From an uncultured Enterobacteriaceae bacterium (GTDB taxonomy: Bacteria > Pseudomonadota > Gammaproteobacteria > Eutrophobiales > Eutrophobiaceae): a stretch of DNA of 64,000 nt. Below, in pieces: positions 9,718-18,846 of the stretch (its first letter is position 1; the number at the start of each line of letters is the position of its first letter). The DNA is taken from positions 9,392 to 73,391 of the forward strand of contig CAZDXS010000245.1 of the NCBI GenBank assembly GCA_964509455.1, in the 5' to 3' direction. Made by a program: the position numbers and the translations under genes. The notes under the pieces were generated by a model that was not told the DNA's origin, made no database searches, and saw nothing but the letters and a program-made list of their open reading frames with translations.

Positions 9718-10464
9718 TCAGTCGGCCGCCAGGTCGGCCGCCAGCGCCAGGCCTTCCTTGAGGTCAAGGGTCCCCTCGTAGATGGCGCGGCCGGTGATGG
9801 CGCCGATGATGTTGTCCTCGGGCACGGCGCACAGGGCCCGAATGTCTTCCAAGTCCCGGATGCCGCCGGAGGCGATGACCGACACCGCCACTTCCCCCGC
9901 CAGCTTGCGGGTGGCGTCCAGGTTGAGGCGCTCCATCATGCCGTCGCGGCCGATGTCGGTGAAAATGATGGCGGACGCCCCGTCCTGCTCGAAGCGGCGG
10001 GCCACATCGATGACGTCGTGGTGGGACTGCTTGGACCAGCCCTCTGTCGCCAGTTTCCCCTCTTTCGCGTCCAGCCCGACGATGACGTGGCCGGGAAACT
10101 CGATGCAGACGTCGGCGACAAAATGCGGCGTGGTCACCGCGCGGGTGCCGATGATCACGTAATTGACGCCGGCGTCCAGGTAGGCCTGTATCGTGTCCTC
10201 GTCGCGAATGCCGCCGCCCACCTGGATGGCGACGTCCGGACAGGCCTCGGCAATGTCGTGAATCACCGCGGCGTTCACGGGACGACCGCCGGCGGCGCCG
10301 TCCAGGTCAATGAGGTGCAGGCGGGCGGCGCCGGCCGCCGCCCACTTTTGCGCCATCGCCACCGGGTCGTCGCCGTACACGGTCGCGGCGCTCATGTCGC
10401 CCTGGCGCAGGCGCACGCATTTACCGCCTTTTATGTCAATCGCGGGAATAAGTAATTTGGTCAT
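9718..10464 (-). CDS. hisA: ProFAR isomerase (1-(5-phosphoribosyl)-5-[(5-phosphoribosylamino)methylideneamino]imidazole-4-carboxamide isomerase)
   Basis: [24 protein letters not shown]...LHLIDLDGA is canonical HisA. Confidence 0.95.
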   Translation of the reverse strand: MTKLLIPAIDIKGGKCVRLRQGDMSAATVYGDDPVAMAQKWAAAGAARLHLIDLDGAAGGRPVNAAVIHDIAEACPDVAIQVGGGIRDEDTIQAYLDAGVNYVIIGTRAVTTPHFVADVCIEFPGHVIVGLDAKEGKLATEGWSKQSHHDVIDVARRFEQDGASAIIFTDIGRDGMMERLNLDATRKLAGEVAVSVIASGGIRDLEDIRALCAVPEDNIIGAITGRAIYEGTLDLKEGLALAADLAAD

Positions 10465-10543
10465 GGCGGCTCAAGCCGGCGGCGGGGCGCCGAAAAACGC
10501 ATTTTTGCCGATAATAGCACACTTCGGTCGCTCCGGCAGGCGG

Positions 10544-13237
10544 TCAATGGGCCTCGTCCCAGTTGGCGCCGACGCCCACGTCCACGACCAGCGGCACGCT
10601 GAGTTCGGCCGCATCCTCCATCAGCCGGATGATTTCCCGGCGGCAGTCCTGGACCTGGGACTCCGCCGCCTCGAACACCAGCTCGTCGTGCACCTGCATG
10701 ATCATCTTGAGCTCGGCGCCGGCGCCCAGTAACTCCTGGTCAATGGCGGTCATGGCCCTCTTGATGATGTCGGCCGCAGTGCCCTGCAACGGCGCGTTGA
10801 TGGCGGTGCGCTCGGCGTAGCGGCGGCGGGCCGCGTTGCGGTCGCCGAGGCCGGGCAGGTACAGGCGGCGCTGGAACGCCGTTTCCACGTAGCCGTTTTC
10901 CCGGGCCTGCTCGCGCGTCGTGTCCATGTACCGCCGCACTCCGGGGTAGCGCTCGAAGTACTTTTCCACGTAGCGTTGCGCGGTGCCCCGGTCGGTATCC
11001 AGTTGCCGCGCCAGGCCAAACGCCGACATGCCGTACATCAGGCCGAAGTTGATGGCCTTGGCCGCCCGCCGTTGCTCGAAGCTGACCTCGTCGATGCCGC
11101 AGGAAAAGACCTCGGCCGCGGTGGCGCGGTGAATGTCTTGCCCCTGGGCGAACGCGGCCAGCAGGGTCTCATCGCCGGACAGGTGGGCCATGATGCGCAA
11201 CTCGATCTGGGAGTAATCGGCGGCCAACAACACGCTGCCGGCGGGCGCGATGAACGCTTGGCGGATTTTTCTGCCCTCCTCCGTGCGGATGGGAATGTTC
11301 TGCAGGTTGGGGTCCGACGAAGACAGGCGCCCGGTGGCGGCCACGGCTTGGTGATAAGAGGTGTGGACGCGCCCGTCGGCGGGGTTGACCTGCTCCGGCA
11401 GGCGGTCCGTGTACGTGGATTTCAGCTTGCTCAGCCCCCGGTGTTGCAGGATTAGCGCCGGCAGCTCGTGCTCGGCGGCCAGTTCCTGCAAGACGGACTC
11501 GGCGGTGGAGGGTTGCCCCTTGGGGGTTTTCTCGGTCACCGGCAGTTGCATTTTCTCGTACAGGATTTCCCGTATCTGCCCAGGGGAGCCGATGTTGAAA
11601 GCCGCCCCCGCCACACGGTGGGCCCGGCGCTCTGTCTCTCGCATCTGCTCCGCCAGCGCCGCGCTTTGCTTTTGCAACATGGCCGCGTCGATCATCACCC
11701 CGCGGCGCTCCATGCGGGCGAGGACGCTCAGCAGGGGGATCTCCAGTTCCGCATACAGCCGGCGCAACCCCTCCTGCTGACTCAACTGCGACCACAGCGC
11801 CTGGTGCAGTTGCAACGCGACGTTCGCGGCGGTGACCGCGTAGGCGGCGGCCTGCTCTATGGGGACCTGGTTGAAAGGAACCTGCCGGGCGCCCTTGCCG
11901 GCCACCTCCTCGTAACGGGCGACGGCCTGTCCCAGGTGGCGACTCGCCAGGCCGGCCAGGTCGTGACGCGAGCCGGCGCTGTCCAGCACGTAGGACTGCA
12001 ACATGACGTCATGGGCGATGCCGCCCAGGGCGACCCGGTGCCGCGCCAGCACGTTCAGGTCGTACTTCAGGTCGTGGCCGACTTTCGCGGGCTTTTCCGC
12101 TTCCAGCAGGGGGCGCAGCTTCTCCAGCGCCTTGCGCCGCGACAGCTGCCGCGGCGCGCCCTCGTAATCGTGGGCCAGGGGCAGGTATGCCGCCGCGCCC
12201 GGCGCCGCGGCGAACGACAGCCCCACCAGCTCGTCGCGCATGCAGTCCCGGGCGCTGGTTTCCGTGTGCAGGGCGAGCAACTCCGCCGCCGCCAGCCGGG
12301 GCAACCACTGCTCTAATTGCGCGGCGGTGTGAATGATCTCGCAACCGGGGGCGGCGCCGCTTTCTTCTGCGCGGCGCGGCGGCGGTGTCCCGTTGATTTC
12401 GGGCAACCAGCTGCGAAAGCCCCAGCGTTGGTAGTGGCGCTTCAGGGCCTCCTTGTCCTGCTCGGTGATCAGCAGTTGTTGCGGCGCCAGGGGCAGTTCC
12501 AGGTCCGTTTTCAGGGTCACCAGGCGGCGGCTCAGGGGGATCTGCTCCAGGTTTTCCCGCAACAGCTCGCCCACCCGGCCTTTGATCTCCGCGGCGGCGG
12601 CGACAATCGCATCCAGGCTGCCGTATTGTTGCAGCCACTTAGCCGCGGTCTTAGGGCCCACCTTGGGAATGCCTGGTACGTTGTCGGAACTGTCGCCCAC
12701 CAGCGCCAGGTAGTCGACCATGCGCTCCGGCGGCACGCCGAACTTGGCCGTCACGCCGTCGCGGTCGTAGCGGGTGTTGGTCATGGTGTTCACCAGGCGG
12801 ATGTTGTCATCGACTACCTGCGCCAAGTCCTTGTCGCCGGTGGAGATGAGGATTTTCAGCCCCTCCCGGGCGCCGGCCAGGGCCAGGGTGGCGATGACGT
12901 CATCCGCCTCCACGTTGTCGATGCACAACAACGGCACGCCCAGCGCCCGAATGATGTCGTGCAAGGGCGCTATCTGCACCGCCAGCTCGGGCGGCATCGG
13001 CGGGCGATGGGCCTTGTATTCCGGGTACAGTTCGTTGCGGAAACTCTTGCCGCTGGCGTCAAACACCACCGCGAAATAATCGGGCCGCTCCTCCCGCAAC
13101 AGTTTGCGCAACATGTTGACCACGCCGTAAATGGCGCTGGTGGGCTCGTCCTGCGAGGTGGTGAGGGACGGCATGGCGTAGTGCGCCCGAAACAAGTAAT
13201 AGGCGCCGTCCACCAGGACCAGTTGTTTTTGCGTCAT
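10544..13237 (-). CDS. polA: DNA polymerase I
   Basis: About 897 aa from ATG 13237 (MTQKQLVLVDGAYYLFRA). The 5'-3' exonuclease, 3'-5' exonuclease and Klenow polymerase motifs are present (ADYSQIELRIMAH, QVHDELVFE). Confidence 0.97.
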   Translation of the reverse strand: MTQKQLVLVDGAYYLFRAHYAMPSLTTSQDEPTSAIYGVVNMLRKLLREERPDYFAVVFDASGKSFRNELYPEYKAHRPPMPPELAVQIAPLHDIIRALGVPLLCIDNVEADDVIATLALAGAREGLKILISTGDKDLAQVVDDNIRLVNTMTNTRYDRDGVTAKFGVPPERMVDYLALVGDSSDNVPGIPKVGPKTAAKWLQQYGSLDAIVAAAAEIKGRVGELLRENLEQIPLSRRLVTLKTDLELPLAPQQLLITEQDKEALKRHYQRWGFRSWLPEINGTPPPRRAEESGAAPGCEIIHTAAQLEQWLPRLAAAELLALHTETSARDCMRDELVGLSFAAAPGAAAYLPLAHDYEGAPRQLSRRKALEKLRPLLEAEKPAKVGHDLKYDLNVLARHRVALGGIAHDVMLQSYVLDSAGSRHDLAGLASRHLGQAVARYEEVAGKGARQVPFNQVPIEQAAAYAVTAANVALQLHQALWSQLSQQEGLRRLYAELEIPLLSVLARMERRGVMIDAAMLQKQSAALAEQMRETERRAHRVAGAAFNIGSPGQIREILYEKMQLPVTEKTPKGQPSTAESVLQELAAEHELPALILQHRGLSKLKSTYTDRLPEQVNPADGRVHTSYHQAVAATGRLSSSDPNLQNIPIRTEEGRKIRQAFIAPAGSVLLAADYSQIELRIMAHLSGDETLLAAFAQGQDIHRATAAEVFSCGIDEVSFEQRRAAKAINFGLMYGMSAFGLARQLDTDRGTAQRYVEKYFERYPGVRRYMDTTREQARENGYVETAFQRRLYLPGLGDRNAARRRYAERTAINAPLQGTAADIIKRAMTAIDQELLGAGAELKMIMQVHDELVFEAAESQVQDCRREIIRLMEDAAELSVPLVVDVGVGANWDEAH

Positions 13238-13344
13238 TATGCGTTTGCGGCGTGGGGTCGTTGCCGCCCATTTTCCCATTTTTTGCTGTATTTTTCACTT
13301 GCCGGAGTATATCCTGTGGCGGCGATGCTGGAATATGAACCCTG

Positions 13345-13698
13345 ATGAGATTACTGTCCTACTTACTGTTTACGCTGGCGCTGGCGGGGGCTGTTGCGCT
13401 TCGCGGCGCCGCCGCGGAGGAGGAAGCGGGGCTTGCTCCGGTCCCTCATCCGCCGGAGTTGCCCGACCCGCTGAAAAGCGGCCAGGCTATAGAACCGCAG
13501 ATCACCATCATCCGGAAGGACGACGCCGTCATCGAGGAATACCGCCTGAACGGCAGGCTGTACATGACCAAAGTCACGCCGGCGGCGGGTCCCGCCTACT
13601 ACCTGGTGGACCGCGACGGCGACGGCCGCATGGAAAGCCGCATGAGCGGCCTGCGAGACGACATCGCCGTGCCGCAGTGGGTGTTGTTCAGCTGGTAG
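13345..13698 (+). CDS. DUF2782-family periplasmic protein
   Basis: 117 aa with a signal peptide. ITIIRKDDAVIEEYRLNGRLYMTKVTP...YYLVDRDGDG matches DUF2782. It is divergent from polA, as in many gammaproteobacteria. Confidence 0.8.
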   Translation: MRLLSYLLFTLALAGAVALRGAAAEEEAGLAPVPHPPELPDPLKSGQAIEPQITIIRKDDAVIEEYRLNGRLYMTKVTPAAGPAYYLVDRDGDGRMESRMSGLRDDIAVPQWVLFSW

Positions 13699-13717
13699 CC
13701 GGCAACGGTTGACGCCT

Positions 13718-13766
13718 CCGGCCGGGACGTCTCGGCCGGGGGCGGGCAAGGCAAGTCCTTGCCTTG
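13718..13766 (+). terminator. two GC-rich hairpins downstream of the DUF2782 gene (candidate terminator, no U-tract)
   Basis: ccggccg-N8-cggccgg (13718-13739) and caaggca-N6-tgccttg (13747-13766). Neither has a T-run, so this is weak. Confidence 0.25.
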
Positions 13767-14039
13767 GGGCAATCCCCGATTGCTTCGCGCCGGCCGGGTG
13801 CGCCGGGCCGGCGCCCGCATCCGTCCAATCCCCGGTTGAACCCCCTGCGCGGGGCGGCAAGCGTGTGCAGAGCCGGCCCCCGCATTGGTCCAGACGGCAA
13901 CTGATGCCGCCGGAACGGGCGGCGCGGTTGAAGCGCAGACAAGGCCGGTGTCTGTATCTGCCAGGCCCCGATTGGAAGCCTCTGGAAAGGGGGCGGTCTC
14001 GGGCGGGGACGCCCGGTTGACGCCGCCGACTGGGGCGGC

Positions 14040-15374
14040 TCAGGGCAACAGGAAGACGGCGGCAAGACCCAGGAAAGTCATAAAACCCACCACGTCCGTG
14101 ACAGTGGTCAGGAGCACTCCGCCGGCGATGGCCGGGTCCACGCCAAGGCGCTTCAGCGCCAGGGGGATGACGGCGCCGGCCAGCGCGGCGACCAGCAAGT
14201 TGATGAGCATGGCCAGCCCGATGACCACGCCCAGTCCCCGGTTGTCGAACCACAGGGCGGCGGCCGCTGCCACCAGCGTAGCCCAGGCGGCGCCGTTCAA
14301 CAGTCCCACGGCAAGTTCTTTCAGCACCAGCGAGCGGGCGTTCTTGCGGGAGAGCTGTCCCAGCGCCAGCCCCCGCACCGAGAGGGTCAGGGTCTGGTGG
14401 CCGGCGATGCCGCCCATGCCGGCGACAATGGGCATGAGGATGGCCAGCGCCACCAGCTCCCGGATGGTGTCCTCGAAACGACCAATCACCCAGGAGGCCA
14501 GGAACACGCTACCCAGGCTGACGCCCAGCCAGAGGGCGCGGCGGCGGACGCTGGCCAGGACCGGAGCAAAGAGCGCGTCTTCGCCCAGGCCGGCCAGGTT
14601 GCGCACGGTCTGCTCCGCTTCCTCCTGTATCACGTCCACCACGTCGTCCACCGTGATCCGCCCCAGCAGGCGCCCCTCTTCGTCCAGCACCGCCGCGGAC
14701 ACCAGGTCCCGTTGCTCAAACAGGCGCGCCACTTCCCCCGCCGGCAGGTCGGCGGCAATGCCGGCGCGCTCTGAGAGGTGTTCGCCGACGGTGTCTTCCG
14801 GACGGTTGACCAACAATCCCGCCAGCGGCAACAGTCCCAGGTAGCGATTTTCCCGGTCCACCACCACCAGGCTGTCGGTGTGCTCGGGAATGCTTCCCCG
14901 CTGGCGCAGGTAGCGGCTCACGGCGTCCAGGGACACGTCGGCGCGCACCGAGATCACGCTGGGATCCATCAGGCCGCCGGCGGTGTCTTCCGGGTAGGAC
15001 AACACCGCGGCAATGCGTTCCCGGTTTTGCAAGTCCATGGACAGCAACACGCTGTCCACCAGCTCCTCGGGCAGGTCTTGCAGGATGTCCGCGGCGTCGT
15101 CGGCTTCCAGCTCCTGGGTGACGTCCGCCACCTCTCGCGGCTGCATCTGCTCTAGCAGGCCGGCGCGAACGGCATCCTGCACATCGGACAGCACGTCTCC
15201 CTCCACCTTGCGGTCCACCAGCTCCCAGAGCAGTTCCCGGGAGGCGCGGGGCAGGCTCTCCAACAGGTCGGCTATCTCGGAGGGGTGAAAAGCCGCCAAC
15301 ATGGTCCGAACCTGGGCGAAGTCGCCGCTCTCCAGGCGGTCGACCAGAACTTCTTGCGGGGACGACTCGGTCAT
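14040..15374 (-). CDS. mgtE: magnesium transporter MgtE
   Basis: 444 aa. It has the N-domain, tandem CBS region and C-terminal membrane domain (GIAGHQTLTLSVRGLALG..., DPAIAGGVLLTTVTDVVGF). Confidence 0.95.
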   Translation of the reverse strand: MTESSPQEVLVDRLESGDFAQVRTMLAAFHPSEIADLLESLPRASRELLWELVDRKVEGDVLSDVQDAVRAGLLEQMQPREVADVTQELEADDAADILQDLPEELVDSVLLSMDLQNRERIAAVLSYPEDTAGGLMDPSVISVRADVSLDAVSRYLRQRGSIPEHTDSLVVVDRENRYLGLLPLAGLLVNRPEDTVGEHLSERAGIAADLPAGEVARLFEQRDLVSAAVLDEEGRLLGRITVDDVVDVIQEEAEQTVRNLAGLGEDALFAPVLASVRRRALWLGVSLGSVFLASWVIGRFEDTIRELVALAILMPIVAGMGGIAGHQTLTLSVRGLALGQLSRKNARSLVLKELAVGLLNGAAWATLVAAAAALWFDNRGLGVVIGLAMLINLLVAALAGAVIPLALKRLGVDPAIAGGVLLTTVTDVVGFMTFLGLAAVFLLP

Positions 15375-15490
15375 GGGGACAGGAGCGGGCTCATGGACGC
15401 AGGGTCACAGGCGCAAGAGCAGGGTCGGGGGTGCAAGAACGGGGTCATGCAAAGCAGTATAACAGGGCTTGCCGGGTTTTTAGCGGCGGC

Positions 15491-16002
15491 GGCCGCCGCG
15501 CACCGGGAAACCGCGGCCTACGCCAGGGGCTTTCCACGACAGCGGCCGCCGCGCACCAAGAAAGCGCCGGCAGGCGCCCCGCACCGGGGAAACGCCGACG
15601 GGCGCCAAGGGTGTTCCGCAACTGCGGCCGCCGCACACCGGGAAAACGCCGGCAGGCGCCGGGGCCTTTCCGCGACAGCGGCCGCCGCGCCCCAAGAAAG
15701 CACCGGCAAGCGCCAGGGGCTTTCCGCAATCGCGGCCGCCGCGCACCGGAAAAACGCCGGCAAGCGCCGGGGCCTTTCCGCGACAGCGGCCGCCGCGCAC
15801 CGGGAAACCGCGGCCTACGCCAGGGGCTTTCCACGACAGCGGCCGCCGCGCACCGGGAAAGCGCCGGCAAGCACCGGGGGCTTTCCACAACCGCGGCCGC
15901 TACGCACCGGGGAAGCGCCGGCAGGCGCCAAGGGCTTTCCACGACAGCGGCCCCCGCACCGGGAAAACGCCGGCCTACGCCAGGATTTTTTCCACGGCGG
16001 CA
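15491..16002. repeat. tandem array, 9 units of ~54 bp (one 82-bp variant), ending in the ptsP stop region
   Basis: The unit is ggccgccgcgcaccgggaaaNcgccggcaNgcgccNgggNctttccNcgacagc. Units 1 and 6 are identical and carry ctacgccagg, which copies the ptsP stop plus its last codons (real copy ctacgccaggattttttccacggcggc at 15975). Confidence 0.9.
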
Positions 16003-17699
16003 CCGGAGCGGGCCTGCAAAACAGCGTCCGCAATGGGCGTCAACTGCGACAGGTCGCTCTCCCTGATGGTCTTCTTCACTTCCAGCAAGCAGGTGGGGTG
16101 CACGCTGAACTCGCGCAGTCCCAGGGCCAGCAACAGTTTCGTGTAGCGGCTGTCGCCCGCCATTTCCCCGCACATGGCCACGGGGATGTCGGCCGCGGCG
16201 CCGGCGGCCAGGGTCATCTTGATCAGCCGCAACACGGCCGGGTGCAACGGCTCGTACAGGTAGTTCACCTCGTCATTGACCCGGTCAATGGCCATGGTGT
16301 ACTGGATCAGGTCGTTGGTGCCTATGGAGAGAAAGTCCAGTTGCTCGGCGAACATGTCCGCGCACACGGCGGCCGCCGGCACCTCCACCATGGCGCCCAC
16401 GGGAATGCGCTCATCGAAAGGCAGGCGCCGCGCCGCCAGGTCCTGCTTGAGCTCCTCTATCATCTCCAGCACCTGTCGGGTCTCTTGCAGGTTGGACAAC
16501 ATGGGAATCATCAGGCGCACTTCGCCGTGGGCGGAGGCGCGCAGGACGGCCCGCAACTGCGGCCGGAACAGGTCCGGCTCTTTCAGACACAGCCGCACGG
16601 CGCGCAACCCCAACGCCGGGTTCGATTGCACCGGCCCGTCCTGGCGGCCGCCGTCCACCTGCTTGTCGGCGCCCAGGTCGACGGTGCGAATCGTCAGCGG
16701 CAACCCCGCCATGGCGTCCAACACGCCCAGGTACGCCTGGTAATGCTCTTCTTCATCGGGCGGAGCGTCCCGGTTCATGTACAGGAACTCCGTGCGGTAC
16801 AACCCGACGCCGCCGGCCCCCACTTGCCTGACCGTGTCGAAGTCCTGGGGCAACTCGATGTTGGCTTGCAACTTGATGGGCGCCCCGTCCAGGGTTTTCG
16901 CCGGCGCTTTTTTCAGCCGCGCCAGGCTGGAGCGGTACTTGCGCTCCTCCCGTTGGCGGCGCTGGTAATAGCGCAGGCCGGCCGCGTCCGCGGCCAGCAG
17001 CATGACGCCGGCGGCGCCGTCGATGATCACCTGCTCATCCTCGCGCACCAGGCGCCCGGACTCGCGCAGGCCGACGATGGCGGGAATACCCAGGCTGCGG
17101 GCCAGGATGGCCGTGTGCGAGGTGGGGCCGCCGTATTCCGTGGCGAACGCGGCGATGCCGTGATGCTGCATCAGCACCGTGTCGGCGGGGGTGAGATCGT
17201 CCGCAATCACGATGTAGCCGTCCAGGCGGCTGTCGAGTTCTTCATGGCGCAACGGCTCTCGTTTCAACAGGATGCGCTGAATGCGGTTGACCACGTGGTC
17301 GATGTCGTCACGGCGGGTGCGCAGGTAGGCGTCGTTCATTTCCTCGAACACCTGGACCAGGGCGTCCCGTTGCAGGCGCAGGGCCCATTCCGCGTTGTAG
17401 CGAGAGGCGCGAATCAGCCGCAACGGCTCCCGAATCAGGGTCGCATCGTCCAGCATCAGCAGGTGCGCGTCTATGAAGGCGGCAATGTCCGTGGAGACGG
17501 CCGCGGGAATGTGTTCGCGAACGGCCCGCAGTTGCCGCTTGGCCTGGGCGATGGCGTCGTTGAGGCGGGCGGCTTCCGCCTCTATGGCGCCGTCCTCGAT
17601 GTAGTACTCGGGAATGGTGATGCGGTCGCGTTCAATGACGTGCGCGCGGCCGACGGCGATGCCGCGAGAGACGCCCATGCCGTGCAGCGTCAGGCTCAT
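15975..17699 (-). CDS. ptsP: phosphoenolpyruvate-protein phosphotransferase (enzyme I, no GAF domain)
   Basis: 574 aa. MSLTLHGMGVSRGIAVGRAHV...GGPTSHTAILARSLGIPAIVG...SIGTNDLIQYT are enzyme I motifs. ATGA overlap with the upstream HPr-like gene. Confidence 0.93.
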   Translation of the reverse strand: MSLTLHGMGVSRGIAVGRAHVIERDRITIPEYYIEDGAIEAEAARLNDAIAQAKRQLRAVREHIPAAVSTDIAAFIDAHLLMLDDATLIREPLRLIRASRYNAEWALRLQRDALVQVFEEMNDAYLRTRRDDIDHVVNRIQRILLKREPLRHEELDSRLDGYIVIADDLTPADTVLMQHHGIAAFATEYGGPTSHTAILARSLGIPAIVGLRESGRLVREDEQVIIDGAAGVMLLAADAAGLRYYQRRQREERKYRSSLARLKKAPAKTLDGAPIKLQANIELPQDFDTVRQVGAGGVGLYRTEFLYMNRDAPPDEEEHYQAYLGVLDAMAGLPLTIRTVDLGADKQVDGGRQDGPVQSNPALGLRAVRLCLKEPDLFRPQLRAVLRASAHGEVRLMIPMLSNLQETRQVLEMIEELKQDLAARRLPFDERIPVGAMVEVPAAAVCADMFAEQLDFLSIGTNDLIQYTMAIDRVNDEVNYLYEPLHPAVLRLIKMTLAAGAAADIPVAMCGEMAGDSRYTKLLLALGLREFSVHPTCLLEVKKTIRESDLSQLTPIADAVLQARSGAAVEKILA

Positions 17700-17965
17700 T
17701 TTTCCTCGCCAAATCGATCAAGCACCAGCTTTTCCAGGGACATTATCGCCTCCTCCTCGTCGGCGCCGCGAGCGGTCAGCTCCATGGTCGCGCCTTTTGC
17801 CGCGGCCAACATCATCAGGCCCATGATGCTTTTGCCGTTGACGGTTTTGCCGTTTGCCGCCACGTCAATCTTCGCTTCGAAAGCGGCCGCCTGCTGCACG
17901 AAACGGGCCGCGGCCCGGGCGTGCAGGCCCAGCTTGTTGATGACGACAACGCTTTTTTTTCTCAA
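17696..17965 (-). CDS. ptsO: HPr-family phosphocarrier protein (NPr)
   Basis: 89 aa. INKLGLHARAAARFVQ contains the active-site His context of HPr/NPr. Confidence 0.9.
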   Translation of the reverse strand: MRKKSVVVINKLGLHARAAARFVQQAAAFEAKIDVAANGKTVNGKSIMGLMMLAAAKGATMELTARGADEEEAIMSLEKLVLDRFGEEK

Positions 17966-18044
17966 TGCAAATACTCCGACGCGGCGCCGGGCGGGACGGC
18001 CGGCGGTTGTTTCATTCGCATGCCGCCGTGGTCTGGAGCGGGGC

Positions 18045-18518
18045 TCAGGCGGTCAGCAAGCGGTAAATCGTCTCTCCGGATTCTTCCTCCCTGAGCCGCG
18101 CTAAGAACGCCGCCTCGTTGAACCGCTCCGCCAGCTGCGACAGCACCTGCAAGTGCTCGTCGGCGGCATGTTCCGGCGCCAGCAATGCAAACAGCAGGTC
18201 CACCGGCCGCCGGTCCGCGGCGTCGTAATCCACGCCCTGCCGCAAGCGGATGAACGCGCCCACGGTGGAGTGGTTGTGCTTCAAGCGCCCGTGGGGCAAG
18301 GCGATGCCGTTGCCGAGGCCGGTGCCGCCCAGCCGCTCCCGGCTCAGCAGGCAGTCAAAAATCTCTTTTTCGCCCGCCCCGAAAGCGGCGCCGGCGAGCA
18401 GGCCGGACAGGGCTTCCAGGACCGCTTTTTTACTGGACAGCTCCACATCGCAGACCACGCGGTCCGGCGCCAGGATCTCCGCTATTTGCATTGCCGGGGT
18501 CGCGGCCTGGTTTCGCAA
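18045..18518 (-). CDS. ptsN: PTS IIA-like nitrogen regulatory protein PtsN
   Basis: 157 aa. RERLGGTGLGNGIALPHGRL is the EIIA-Ntr signature. The gene lies downstream of hpf. Confidence 0.92.
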   Translation of the reverse strand: MRNQAATPAMQIAEILAPDRVVCDVELSSKKAVLEALSGLLAGAAFGAGEKEIFDCLLSRERLGGTGLGNGIALPHGRLKHNHSTVGAFIRLRQGVDYDAADRRPVDLLFALLAPEHAADEHLQVLSQLAERFNEAAFLARLREEESGETIYRLLTA

Positions 18519-18528
18519 CGGGGCGCGG

Positions 18529-18822
18529 TCAGGGCCGGTGGTCCACCAGCTTTTCCTTGTGTTTTCTCACTTGCCGGTCCAGCCGGTCCATCATCTTGTC
18601 AATGGCCGCGTACATGTTGCCGTGCTCCGCCTCGGCAAACAGGTTGCCGCGGTTGACGTGAATGGTCGCCTCCGCCCGGTTGCGCTCCTTTTCAACGGAC
18701 AGCACCACGTGCGCGGTGGTGACGTGATCGAAGTGCCGTTCTATGCGTTGCATTTTCGTCTCGACGTAAGAACGCAACGCCGGAGTGATGTCAAGGTGAT
18801 GTCCCGCCAGGTTGATTTGCAT
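18529..18822 (-). CDS. hpf: ribosome hibernation promoting factor
   Basis: 97 aa. MQINLAGHHLDITPALRSYVETKMQRIERHFD matches the HPF/YfiA family. Confidence 0.92.
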   Translation of the reverse strand: MQINLAGHHLDITPALRSYVETKMQRIERHFDHVTTAHVVLSVEKERNRAEATIHVNRGNLFAEAEHGNMYAAIDKMMDRLDRQVRKHKEKLVDHRP

Positions 18823-18846
18823 GTCGTTTTTTCCGGTTGATGAGGT

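Noticed and set aside
8047-10455. Very long plus-strand ORFs antisense to real genes (802 aa here; also 15285..18104, 23107..24762, 41807..45490, 60299..62833 and others).
   Set aside because: They lie opposite well-supported minus-strand genes. Their translations are Arg/Gly/Ala/Pro-rich and low-complexity with no recognisable motifs. They are the stop-poor antisense frames expected in high-GC DNA.
15491-16002. Possible CRISPR arrays at the GC-rich tandem repeats (also 46358-46888, 49376-49672, 7120-7500).
   Set aside because: The units are contiguous with no unique spacers, the copies are degenerate rather than conserved, the unit sequences derive from adjacent coding ends, and no cas genes are present.
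17966-18044. Missing rapZ between ptsN and ptsO as a deletion scar or pseudogene.
   Set aside because: The gap is only 80 bp with no recognisable rapZ remnant. This is better explained as lineage-specific gene order and is reported only as a low-interest context note.
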